A stretch of 64,000 nt of DNA from Sulfurospirillaceae bacterium (GTDB taxonomy: Bacteria; Campylobacterota; Campylobacteria; Campylobacterales; Sulfurospirillaceae). The stretch is from NCBI GenBank assembly GCA_033723415.1, contig JAWVXD010000001.1, positions 160,001 through 224,000 on the forward strand, in the 5' to 3' direction. Numbering within the stretch: the stretch's first letter is position 1; every line of letters begins with the position of its first letter. The translations under genes and the position numbers were made by a program. Below, piece by piece: positions 19,276 to 28,460 of this stretch. The notes beneath the pieces are model-generated. The model was given only the letters and a program-made list of their open reading frames with translations, did no database searches and was not told the origin of the DNA.

Positions 19276-20430
19276 ATGCCAATCAAATGGTCAGACGCAG
19301 TTAAAATTGCAACAGATTTCAGGCACGAACTTCATGCCGAACCGGAGTTGACATGGCAAGAAGTAGAAACTTCAAAAAAAATCAGAGCAATGCTTGATCA
19401 CTATAATATAAAGTGGAAAAGTTTTGCAAAGACAGGGACCGTAGGATATCTAGGGAAAAATATCAAAGGCAAACACATAGCACTTAGAGCAGATATTGAT
19501 GCCTTAGACGTACAAGAGACTACAGGTCTAAAATATGCTTCCGTGAAAAAAAATCATATGCATGCGTGTGGACATGATGGGCATACCGCCACTCTTATGG
19601 CAGTAGCTATCTTTTTGAGTGAAAATGAAACTAAACTCTCAAATCAAGTATCTTTAGTTTTTCAACCTGCAGAAGAAGGCGGGCATGGTGCAAAAAAGAT
19701 GATTGAAGAGGGATGTTTAGATGGAGTAGACTTTATATATGGCTGGCACAATTGGCCGGCCATTAAATTTGGACAGGCACTTTGTCCAGATGGAGCAGTT
19801 ATGGCAGGCAATGGGACTTTCACCATATCTTTAGAAGGAGAAGGCGGTCATTCCTCCCAACCTGAAATGTGTAAAGATCCTGTTTTGGCAGGTTCAGCCA
19901 TAGTTGTAGCACTACAACAGATTGTAAGTAGGCAAATAGGTCCACAAGATGCTGCAGTGGTTTCAGTTACATCATTTGAAGCCCCGAGTGGACTGACCGC
20001 TATTCCGTCTTTTGCTAAATTAGCCGGAAGTATCAGAGTCACAAGTTCTGAGATGAAAGAAGTTATAGCCGACTCTATTAAGAATATAGCAAAAAATACG
20101 GCAGCAGCATATGGAGTAAATGCAATAGTAGAATTTAAAAATAGATATAACGCTACTATAAACCATAAAGAAGAGGCAGAAAATTACAGAGAGATTTTAA
20201 AAAATAATTTGGGAGAGAATTGGCAAAGTCAGGTCAAGACTCCCATTATGGCATCAGAAGATTTTAGCTACTATTTAGAAAAGATTCCAGGAGCCTTTGC
20301 CCTAATAGGAAGTGATGATGGAGAAGAAAAGCACTGTAAACCTTGCCACAATGCTTCTTACGATTTCAATGATAAACTCATTGATGTTGCAGGGAAAATT
20401 TTAATGGAGTGCGCCGGGTATAGATTTTAA
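19276..20430 (+). CDS. M20D amidohydrolase, probable N-acetyl-diaminobutyrate deacetylase (DoeB2-type)
   Basis: RHELHAEPEL, LRADIDAL, MHACGHDGH, FQPAEEG, WHN, SEDF, CHN. ATG 19276 follows AAGGAG; directly after doeA. Confidence 0.8.
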   Translation: MPIKWSDAVKIATDFRHELHAEPELTWQEVETSKKIRAMLDHYNIKWKSFAKTGTVGYLGKNIKGKHIALRADIDALDVQETTGLKYASVKKNHMHACGHDGHTATLMAVAIFLSENETKLSNQVSLVFQPAEEGGHGAKKMIEEGCLDGVDFIYGWHNWPAIKFGQALCPDGAVMAGNGTFTISLEGEGGHSSQPEMCKDPVLAGSAIVVALQQIVSRQIGPQDAAVVSVTSFEAPSGLTAIPSFAKLAGSIRVTSSEMKEVIADSIKNIAKNTAAAYGVNAIVEFKNRYNATINHKEEAENYREILKNNLGENWQSQVKTPIMASEDFSYYLEKIPGAFALIGSDDGEEKHCKPCHNASYDFNDKLIDVAGKILMECAGYRF

Positions 20431-20433
20431 AAT

Positions 20434-20775
20434 TCAAATAAAAACTTCTATATATTGGTTTTCGTCAAATCCGACTATTATTTGATCTTTGTATTCTATA
20501 ACCGGTCTTTTGATTAGCATATTTTCTTTAGCTAGCCATTTTATTTTATCTTCATCACCTAAACTAAGTTCTTTAAGCCCCAATTTCCTATAGGTTGTCC
20601 CTTTTTTATTAAAGAGTTTATCTACTGTAGTCTTTTTTAACCAAGACTGTATTTTATCTATGTCTACAGACTCTTTCTTGAAATCTACAAATTCATAATC
20701 TATGTTGTGTTCTTTAAAAAAGTTTAGGGCTTTTTTTACGCTTCCGCAAGTTTTTATTCCATATACTATATTCAT
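20434..20775 (-). CDS. ArsC/Spx/YffB-family thioredoxin-fold protein
   Basis: YGIKTCGSVKKA, LFNKKGTTYR, LIKRPV. Confidence 0.9.
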   Translation of the reverse strand: MNIVYGIKTCGSVKKALNFFKEHNIDYEFVDFKKESVDIDKIQSWLKKTTVDKLFNKKGTTYRKLGLKELSLGDEDKIKWLAKENMLIKRPVIEYKDQIIVGFDENQYIEVFI

Positions 20776-20842
20776 TAGTTAATCCTGTTTTAAATTTCAA
20801 TAGAGTATAGTATAATAAATTTTTATTTAAAAAGGAGTTATT

Positions 20843-21124
20843 GTGCAAGTAAATGTAAGCTCTATGAATGCATATAACGACTGGCTTTCAAATAATTCTA
20901 ATAATATTGCAAATGTAAATACTCAAGATTATAAAGCAACTAACACAAATATAACAAATATAAAGGGAGATGTTAATGCAGTCTCAACAAAGAGTTCTAG
21001 TGGAACTGATTTAACAAAAGAATTAACAGATCAGATATCTATAACAACAGGCTTTAAAGCTGATCTAAAAGCAGTTAAGACTCAAGATCAAATGTTGGGC
21101 TCTATTTTAAATCTTTTAGCTTAA
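20843..21124 (+). CDS. Small flagellar basal-body rod/hook-like protein (N- and C-terminal D0 motifs only)
   Basis: SNNIANVNT (Flg_bb_rod-like) and TDLTKE...FKADLKAVKTQDQMLGSILNL (Flg_bbr_C-like); SD AAGGAG. Confidence 0.75.
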   Translation: MQVNVSSMNAYNDWLSNNSNNIANVNTQDYKATNTNITNIKGDVNAVSTKSSSGTDLTKELTDQISITTGFKADLKAVKTQDQMLGSILNLLA

Positions 21125-21130
21125 ATCTCA

Positions 21131-22153
21131 TCAAATAATCAACATAGCATCACCATAAGAAAAAAATCTATATTTTTCTTTAATAGCTTCATGATATAGT
21201 TCTAAAGTTTTTTCTATTCCGACAAATGAAGCTACAAGCATTATAAGTGTAGATTTCGGCAGATGAAAATTTGTCAAAAGATGGTTTACTCGTATAGGCT
21301 TGTTGTTCGGATGCAAAAAAAGATCACAATATCCACTTTTTTCTCTACTTCTTGCATAGTATTCAACTGTTCTTGTCACCGTAGTTCCAACGGCAAGTAT
21401 AGGTTTGTTGGAATCAAATAACTCACAAGTCTCTTGAGAGATATTAAAGTATTCTTCATGCATCTTATGTTCATTGATGTTGTCACTGCTTACCGGTTTA
21501 AATGTTCCGGCACCGACATGAAGTGTAAGTATTTTAGTATCAAATCTTTTCTTTAATTCTTCAAATTTTGCATCATCAAAATGCAGAGATGCCGTAGGAG
21601 CTGCCACTGCGCCTCTATTATGGGCAAAGACACTTTGATAATTGGTTACATCATCTTTATTATCTTCTCTTTTTATATATGGAGGGAGAGGTACATGACC
21701 TATATCTTCTAAAATGTCAAATAATTTAAACGTATCAATTTTTTCTTTGCCAACAAAAAATTCTACTACTCTAAGTCCGTCGTCATGTAATTCGACAACT
21801 ATGGCTTCTAAGTTCTTGTCAAAATTTATTATGCTGTTCTTTTTGACTCTTCCTTTAATATAGACTGAAAAAAGATTTTCCTGAAGCGGAGAATTTAATA
21901 ATAGCTCAACCTTTCCGCCTGTTGATTTCTCTCCAAAGATCCTTGCTTTGACAACTTTTGTATCATTAATGACGACAGAAGTGTCTGATGGAAAAAAATC
22001 AAGGATATCACCAAATTTCGAGTGAATAATTTTGTCTTTTTTTCTATCATATACTAAAACTTTTGCACTGTTCTTGTCCTTTAACGGACTTGATGCTATA
22101 AGTTCATTCGGCAAATAATAATCATATGTACTAAGCGAAAAGGGATCAATCAA
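21131..22153 (-). CDS. queA: tRNA preQ1 SAM ribosyltransferase-isomerase
   Basis: GHVPLPPYI, GAVAAPTASLHF, TNFHLPKS, FFSYGDAM. Confidence 0.97.
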   Translation of the reverse strand: MIDPFSLSTYDYYLPNELIASSPLKDKNSAKVLVYDRKKDKIIHSKFGDILDFFPSDTSVVINDTKVVKARIFGEKSTGGKVELLLNSPLQENLFSVYIKGRVKKNSIINFDKNLEAIVVELHDDGLRVVEFFVGKEKIDTFKLFDILEDIGHVPLPPYIKREDNKDDVTNYQSVFAHNRGAVAAPTASLHFDDAKFEELKKRFDTKILTLHVGAGTFKPVSSDNINEHKMHEEYFNISQETCELFDSNKPILAVGTTVTRTVEYYARSREKSGYCDLFLHPNNKPIRVNHLLTNFHLPKSTLIMLVASFVGIEKTLELYHEAIKEKYRFFSYGDAMLII

Positions 22154-22157
22154 CTTG

Positions 22158-22946
22158 TTATATCTTCTTTTCTATAGCGTCTTGATTTTCTTCTGTCTCT
22201 TCATCATCCTCATCTGACTCTTCATCATCTTTATTTTTTGCAGCAGGATTAACTATTCTAGCAACAATGATGGATAAGCCGTATAAAACCACTAATGGAC
22301 CAGCCATTAAAAATTGTGTTAAAACATCAGGAGGAGTTAAAACAGCAGCAACTGCAAATATTATAATTATTGCATATCTGAAAAAATGAATTAATGCAGC
22401 GTCATCTACAAGTCCAAGTTTTGCAAAGAAAAATGTAATTACAGGCAATTCAAAAGCTATGCCGAATCCTACTAACAGTTTTGTAAAAAATCCTACATAT
22501 TCACCAATACTAGGAAGTGCAGTGAATAGTTGTGAGCCAAAATTTATAAGAAAATTAAAGCCAATAGGTACAACCATATAATAGCAAAACATAGAGCCTG
22601 CTACAAACATTAGTGTTGCAGATAATACAAATGGAAGCACAAGTTTTTTTTCATCTTCATAAAGTCCAGGTGCTACAAAGAGCCAGAATTGCCAAAAAAG
22701 TACAGGTAATGAGATTATAATACCGGCAAAAAACGAGACTTTTATGGCAGTAAAAAATGGTTCTTGTACCTTTGTAAATATAACGTGAGAGTTAGGAGGA
22801 AGAACACCGTTTAAAGGTGCGATCATCCAAGCTAAAATTGGTTCCCAAAAGGAAAAACATGCAAAAAACATAATAAACACAACAGCTAAAGAAATAAAAA
22901 GTCTTTTTCTAAGCTCAACTAAATGAGGTCTTAATTCATCAAACAT
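22158..22946 (-). CDS. tatC: Tat translocase subunit TatC
   Basis: HLVELRKRL, FVAPGLY, FELP, TPPD. Confidence 0.97.
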   Translation of the reverse strand: MFDELRPHLVELRKRLFISLAVVFIMFFACFSFWEPILAWMIAPLNGVLPPNSHVIFTKVQEPFFTAIKVSFFAGIIISLPVLFWQFWLFVAPGLYEDEKKLVLPFVLSATLMFVAGSMFCYYMVVPIGFNFLINFGSQLFTALPSIGEYVGFFTKLLVGFGIAFELPVITFFFAKLGLVDDAALIHFFRYAIIIIFAVAAVLTPPDVLTQFLMAGPLVVLYGLSIIVARIVNPAAKNKDDEESDEDDEETEENQDAIEKKI

Positions 22947-22948
22947 TT

Positions 22949-23350
22949 TTAAACATCCTCTTTTGTGTCATTATTTTCTATCTTTTTTTCTGTGTTTATT
23001 TGCTCTTTTGCCAATTTTTTTGACTTTACCGCATCTTCTTTCATCTCTTTTAGTGAATCGCTTAGCCCTTTAGTACTGTTTTTTATATCTTCTAACTCAT
23101 CAAAAGAGAGTTGTTTTTTTGTACTTGTTGCAGCTGCTTCTAGTTTTTTCTTATATTCTAATGCTTCTTCTTTTAACTCTTGTATATGCATCTCTTGTTC
23201 TATAGAAGATTTTGCTTCATTTATACTTTTTTTGAATGTTTTAAAGAATTTTGCAACTTGAACCATAGCATCTGGAAGTTTGTCTGGTCCTAAAAACAAT
23301 ACGGCTACGATGGCTATCATGAGTAATTCGCTAAACCCCATTCCAAACAT
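22949..23350 (-). CDS. tatB: Tat translocase subunit TatB
   Basis: MFGMGFSELLMIAIVAVLFLGPDKLP; upstream of tatC. Confidence 0.95.
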   Translation of the reverse strand: MFGMGFSELLMIAIVAVLFLGPDKLPDAMVQVAKFFKTFKKSINEAKSSIEQEMHIQELKEEALEYKKKLEAAATSTKKQLSFDELEDIKNSTKGLSDSLKEMKEDAVKSKKLAKEQINTEKKIENNDTKEDV

Positions 23351-23428
23351 AATTATTTCCGCCTTTGTGGTTTTATTTAAGAGAGAAATTATATCTTATG
23401 TTTACTCAAAAATAAATAAACTTTCTAA

Positions 23429-25726
23429 CTATTTTTGAGAAACTAATTTAGTACAAATACCTTTGTTTTTTTGCAGCATATCTTCAAAAGAATTTTTATC
23501 AAGCGGTTTGGAGCAATAGAACCCTTGTATGTATGTCGCATTTTTCTCATTTACGAACTTATATTGTTCATAAGTTTCAACACCTTCTACGATAACTTCC
23601 AGATTAAAATTCTTGGCAATTGCTAAAATTGTGTTTATTAGATCTTTGTCGTCTGCATCATATTGGATGTCTTGAGTAAAGGATTTATCGATTTTTAAAG
23701 TTGTAAACGGAAGTTTTTTTAGATAAGAGAGGGATGAGTATCCTGTACCAAAATCATCAATGGATAGATTTATACCAAATTCTCTAAGTTTTTTCATTTT
23801 CTTTTTTACTTCTTTTGCATTTTTAACAATTATTGATTCTGTCAATTCAAATTCTAAGTTATGTGGCTCAATTTCGGTTTGTTTGATTATTTGTTCTATT
23901 TGCCCTAAAAACTCAGGGTTATTAAATTGTTTTACACTTACATTTACTGCAATTTTATTAAGCATCGTAATTTTGTTAAATTTTCTTTGCCATTGCATAA
24001 ACTGTTGAATTGCATTTATAAGTACCCATCTACCTATATTGAAGATTAGCCCGCTTTCTTCAGCAATTGGTATGAATTCATCAGGTGATATTTGACCTAA
24101 TTTTTTATTTTTCCATCGCAAGAGCGCTTCTGCGCCGATTATCCTTGAAGTGGCGATTTCTATAATAGGTTGATAATATATCTCCATTTCATTTTTTGCT
24201 ATAGCATTTCGTAGTTCATTCTCAATTTCAAGATATCGTTTAGCCCTAAGTTCCATATATTTTTGATAGAATCTAGTTGTATTTCTGCCATCTTTTTTTG
24301 ATTGATACATGGCTATATCGGCATGTTTTAATACGTCTTCTGCAAGCTGCTCATTTTTACTTATCAAAGCTATACCTATACTTAGTGATATATTTAATCT
24401 ATGTCCGTCGATCTTAAATGGATTTTCAAATATTTTATGAATTTTTTCTGCTACAATCTCTGCTTTGAGCATTGCTTCTTTTTCATCTTTGGATAAATCA
24501 GGTAAAATGACAACAAACTCATCACCGCCTATTCTTCCGATAATATCTTCTTCTCTAGTACTATCTTTAAATCTGGCAGTAGCTTCTATCAAAAGTTTAT
24601 CTCCTACACTGTGGCCTAGAGAATCATTTATATTTTTAAAATGATCTAAATCTAAAAATATAATTCCGAAGATTATTTCATGTCTTTTGAATCTTGTTAT
24701 TTCTCTATTGATGTCATTTAGTATATTGGTTCTATTTGGTAAGTCTGTCAAAGAATCATAATTTGCTTTATGTTCAATATCTTTTTGTTGATTGATTCTT
24801 TGAGTGATATCACTTACGATTCCTACTCCGCCTATAACTTCCTCATTAGATGCTTTTAATGGATTTGTATTCATACTTATCCAAATACTTTTTCCTGTGT
24901 AATTTGTTGTGTACTCTCCCTCATAAAATCCTGAAAGACCTTCTATAGATGCCCTTAAAGTAGGCAATATAACTTTATCTTTCAGCGTATTCATATCTAG
25001 ACCTATGATATAGTCTCTTGGTGCTTCAATAAAATCTAAAAATTCTTGGTTGGCTTCTTGTATTATTAGATCAGTATTATAGAAAAAAACACCTATAGGG
25101 ACATATCTGAAGATTGTTTCAAATTTTTGTTCTGATTGCATAAGCTCAAATTTTTTGATTTTATATTGGGCAAGAGAGTCAGCTGCATCTGTGTAGTTTC
25201 TATTGAATTTTTTTGCTATATATAATAGTAAGATTAAAAACAATATTGCAAGTATCGCAATATTGTTATAAAAGCTGGTTTCTTGTATCAAAAGTTCCAA
25301 TATAAGAGGAATCAAGCTGATAAGTAAAAAAAGTTGAATGTTTTTGTAAAGATGAGAAAGACTACTTAATGCTCCTGCACTTATTCCTGTCATGATGATT
25401 ATGATGATCATTTGATATAAGTAATTTGACTCCGCAAAAAATAAAATAGGTACAAAACCCCAAGAGACAGCGGATAATACAACACCTAATGAAAAAATTT
25501 GATGCCATTTTTCTGTAGTAAACAAACTCCTGTCTTTATGGAATTTTACCATTGTTGTATAGCGAAACAGAGTAATCGTTAAAACTGAGAGAAACCAAAT
25601 TGTAAGTGCTGCATTGTTGACATGATCATAAAAGAGGGAAAAAAAGGCAATTGACGCTGTAATTACTCCTATTAGTGGTAGTTTAAGGCTTTGATATATG
25701 TCACTAATTAATTTTTCAGCAATCAA
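23429..25726 (-). CDS. Membrane-bound PAS-GGDEF-EAL protein
   Basis: Multiple N-terminal TMs, PAS, REED I-site plus GGDEF, EAL (GAEALLRW) and DDFGTGYSS. Confidence 0.92.
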   Translation of the reverse strand: MIAEKLISDIYQSLKLPLIGVITASIAFFSLFYDHVNNAALTIWFLSVLTITLFRYTTMVKFHKDRSLFTTEKWHQIFSLGVVLSAVSWGFVPILFFAESNYLYQMIIIIIMTGISAGALSSLSHLYKNIQLFLLISLIPLILELLIQETSFYNNIAILAILFLILLLYIAKKFNRNYTDAADSLAQYKIKKFELMQSEQKFETIFRYVPIGVFFYNTDLIIQEANQEFLDFIEAPRDYIIGLDMNTLKDKVILPTLRASIEGLSGFYEGEYTTNYTGKSIWISMNTNPLKASNEEVIGGVGIVSDITQRINQQKDIEHKANYDSLTDLPNRTNILNDINREITRFKRHEIIFGIIFLDLDHFKNINDSLGHSVGDKLLIEATARFKDSTREEDIIGRIGGDEFVVILPDLSKDEKEAMLKAEIVAEKIHKIFENPFKIDGHRLNISLSIGIALISKNEQLAEDVLKHADIAMYQSKKDGRNTTRFYQKYMELRAKRYLEIENELRNAIAKNEMEIYYQPIIEIATSRIIGAEALLRWKNKKLGQISPDEFIPIAEESGLIFNIGRWVLINAIQQFMQWQRKFNKITMLNKIAVNVSVKQFNNPEFLGQIEQIIKQTEIEPHNLEFELTESIIVKNAKEVKKKMKKLREFGINLSIDDFGTGYSSLSYLKKLPFTTLKIDKSFTQDIQYDADDKDLINTILAIAKNFNLEVIVEGVETYEQYKFVNEKNATYIQGFYCSKPLDKNSFEDMLQKNKGICTKLVSQK

Positions 25727-25907
25727 ATTTTTTCCTTCTTGTGTATTTGTAATGATTGATTTTCACAAATTATGTATAAGAACAACATTATTATAGCAAA
25801 AGATTGAAACAAGGTTCATAGTTTTATTGATAAAAAAGGTGTAAAAAGGTATTGTTACTTATAAATATATTAAATAAATATATTGACTTTATAACTTAAG
25901 GTAAAAA

Positions 25908-27476
25908 ATGAAATATGATGTTGTTGTTGTAGGGAGCGGGATTTCTGGTATGAGGGCAGCTATAGAAGCAAAAGAGCTTGGGGCAAATGTTGTATTGGTT
26001 ACAAAGTCTTCGTTATCTGCTAATAACTCTTTCATGGCAAAAGGCGGTATCAATGCCGCATTCGGCAATATGGGAGATAAAGATAATATTTTTCAACATA
26101 GCAGTGAGACGCTAAAGAGTTCAGTCGGCATAGGGAATGAAGAAGCAATAAGAATATTTTGTGAGCAAGCTCCGGCAGCTGTTAGAGATTTGATAACTTA
26201 TGGCGTTGAGTTTAGTAAATTAAAAAACGGTAAACTTGCACAGAGACCGTTTGGAGGATCGAAATTTAAGAGAACTATCTATGCAGCTGATGAAACTGGT
26301 CCTGCTATTATGAAAGCCCTTCATAATATTGTTAAAAAATATGAGATAGATGTAGTAAAAAATCATATGGTTATAAACTTGATAGTTAAAAACAATATAA
26401 TCTCAGGCGTTACACTTTTTGATGAAGAGACTCAAAAGGTGGTCGTTTGTGAGGGGAAAAGTGTAATCTTAGCCAGCGGCGGATTTGCTTCTTTATACAA
26501 AAATTACACTTCAAATGTTAGAGATGCAACAGGTGATGCGATTGCTATGGGATTAAGGGCGGGATTGAAGGCTATGAACCTTGAGTTTGTTCAGTTTCAT
26601 CCTACCGGTTTAGAAGGTACCAATTTTTTATTAAGTGAGGCAGCAAGAGCAGAAGGAGGTAAATTAGTCGATGAAAACGGTGAGTCGTTTGTGGATGAAT
26701 TAAATACCAGAGATTTTGTCACAAGAGCAATCTTCAAAGAGATGCAAAAGGGTAATAAAGTATTTTTGGATCTCAGAGCAGTTCCTGAAGACGTTATAAA
26801 CACTAAGCTTATAGGTATTAAAAAAAGAGTACATGCTCTTAAAAAACTAGATGCAAGCAAGGATTTGATTCCTGTTAGCCCTGTTGCTCACTACACAATG
26901 GGCGGTATAGAAACAGATACTATAGGACGAACTAGCATAGAAGGACTTTTTGTCATAGGAGAAGCCGGTGATAATGGAGTGAATGGAGCAAATAGACTTG
27001 GAGGAAATTCTTTGAGTCAAGGAGCAGTTTTTGGAAAAATATCTGCATATGAAGCGATGAAATTTGCAAATAAAATAAAAAAATTTAATGGTGTCGATTA
27101 CTATGATATTATGAAAGATATACAATTTGTTGAAAATCTGAAAGAGTTGGCAAAGCATACTGATGCAAATGAATTGAGAAATGAGATAGGACATGTTTTA
27201 TTTAAAAAAGTAGGTATTATAAGAACAGGTGTCGGTCTAAAAAAAGCATTGGAACGAATTACAGAGATAGAAGAACAAATCAAAGAACCATCAAGTGAAA
27301 AATCAACAAATGTCAAAAATATGCTTGAATTGGTAAATGCTATATTGGTTTCAAAAGCAGTTATTAAATCTGCTCTTGCAAGAGAAGAGAGTAGAGGATC
27401 TCATTTTAGGATAGATTTTCCTGAAACAGATAGAAAATTTAAGAAAAATACTCTTATAGGTATAGAAGACTTATAG
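25908..27476 (+). CDS. SdhA/FrdA/NadB-family flavoprotein (stand-alone)
   Basis: VVVGSGISG, AKGGINA, QFHPTG, SEAARAEGG, HYTMGG, GANRLGGNSL, REESRGSHFR. Confidence 0.85.
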   Translation: MKYDVVVVGSGISGMRAAIEAKELGANVVLVTKSSLSANNSFMAKGGINAAFGNMGDKDNIFQHSSETLKSSVGIGNEEAIRIFCEQAPAAVRDLITYGVEFSKLKNGKLAQRPFGGSKFKRTIYAADETGPAIMKALHNIVKKYEIDVVKNHMVINLIVKNNIISGVTLFDEETQKVVVCEGKSVILASGGFASLYKNYTSNVRDATGDAIAMGLRAGLKAMNLEFVQFHPTGLEGTNFLLSEAARAEGGKLVDENGESFVDELNTRDFVTRAIFKEMQKGNKVFLDLRAVPEDVINTKLIGIKKRVHALKKLDASKDLIPVSPVAHYTMGGIETDTIGRTSIEGLFVIGEAGDNGVNGANRLGGNSLSQGAVFGKISAYEAMKFANKIKKFNGVDYYDIMKDIQFVENLKELAKHTDANELRNEIGHVLFKKVGIIRTGVGLKKALERITEIEEQIKEPSSEKSTNVKNMLELVNAILVSKAVIKSALAREESRGSHFRIDFPETDRKFKKNTLIGIEDL

Positions 27477-27526
27477 TATAATATTTATCTAGTTTTTCTA
27501 GAATGATTAAACTTTAAGGAAAATAA

Positions 27527-28456
27527 TTGAAAAAAGCTATGCTCCTACTTAATATGGGGGGACCAAACAACCTATCAGAAGTAAAGACGTTCTTGAATAA
27601 TATGTTTAATGATAAAGCAATAATCGGCGCACCGTCGATCATAAGAAAAATGATAGCTTACTTTATAGTGAAAAGCAGATTAAAAGAGGCAACTAGTAAC
27701 TATGAAAAATTAGGTGGTATATCGCCTATAGTTGAAAATACGAAAAATCTTGTTCAGGAAGTACAAAAGGATCTGGATATAGATGTATTTTATATTATGA
27801 GATATACGCCTCCATTCGCTTATGATGTTTTGTCCCAAATACAAGATTATGATAAATTTTATGTGATTCCTCTTTATCCTCATTTTTCATCCACTACAAC
27901 AGTTTCTTCAATCGAACATCTATATGAAGCGGCGGATGCATTAGGTATAGATGATGAAAAATTTGAGATTATTGATAAATATTATGACAATGAAGTATAT
28001 AACCAAACTATAGTCGAGAGAATTAAAGAAGCTCTGGGAGATGATAATCCGGAAGATTTTGAATTGATATTTTCAGCACATGGTCTGCCTCAGAGAGTTA
28101 TAGACAAAGGTGATCCCTACATGACTCAAATAAAACAAAATGTCTATAGAGCAAGAAAAGAGCTTGTTAAAAACAATATCAAATTTTATAAAACACATTT
28201 AGCTTATCAATCTAGGCTTGGACCGGTAGAGTGGATAAAACCATATCTAGATGAAAAATTAAAAGCACTTAGCAAGAAAAAAGTTATTATATATCCGATA
28301 GCATTTTTAATTGACAATTCAGAAACAAAATATGAACTTGATATTGAATATAAAGAAATCGCCGATAATCTTGGTTTTATAGATTATAGGGTTGCCAGTG
28401 CTCCAAACAGTATGATAAAAAATACGATAAAAGATTTGTATAAACGTATGAGTTAG
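27527..28456 (+). CDS. hemH: Ferrochelatase
   Basis: LLNMGGP, MRYTPP, PLYPHFS, FSAHGLP, YQSRLGP, DNSETKYELD. Confidence 0.96.
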   Translation: MKKAMLLLNMGGPNNLSEVKTFLNNMFNDKAIIGAPSIIRKMIAYFIVKSRLKEATSNYEKLGGISPIVENTKNLVQEVQKDLDIDVFYIMRYTPPFAYDVLSQIQDYDKFYVIPLYPHFSSTTTVSSIEHLYEAADALGIDDEKFEIIDKYYDNEVYNQTIVERIKEALGDDNPEDFELIFSAHGLPQRVIDKGDPYMTQIKQNVYRARKELVKNNIKFYKTHLAYQSRLGPVEWIKPYLDEKLKALSKKKVIIYPIAFLIDNSETKYELDIEYKEIADNLGFIDYRVASAPNSMIKNTIKDLYKRMS

Positions 28457-28460
28457 TGCA

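Noticed and set aside
22158..23350. tatBC without tatA
   Set aside because: tatA is commonly unlinked in Campylobacterota, so this is not unusual.
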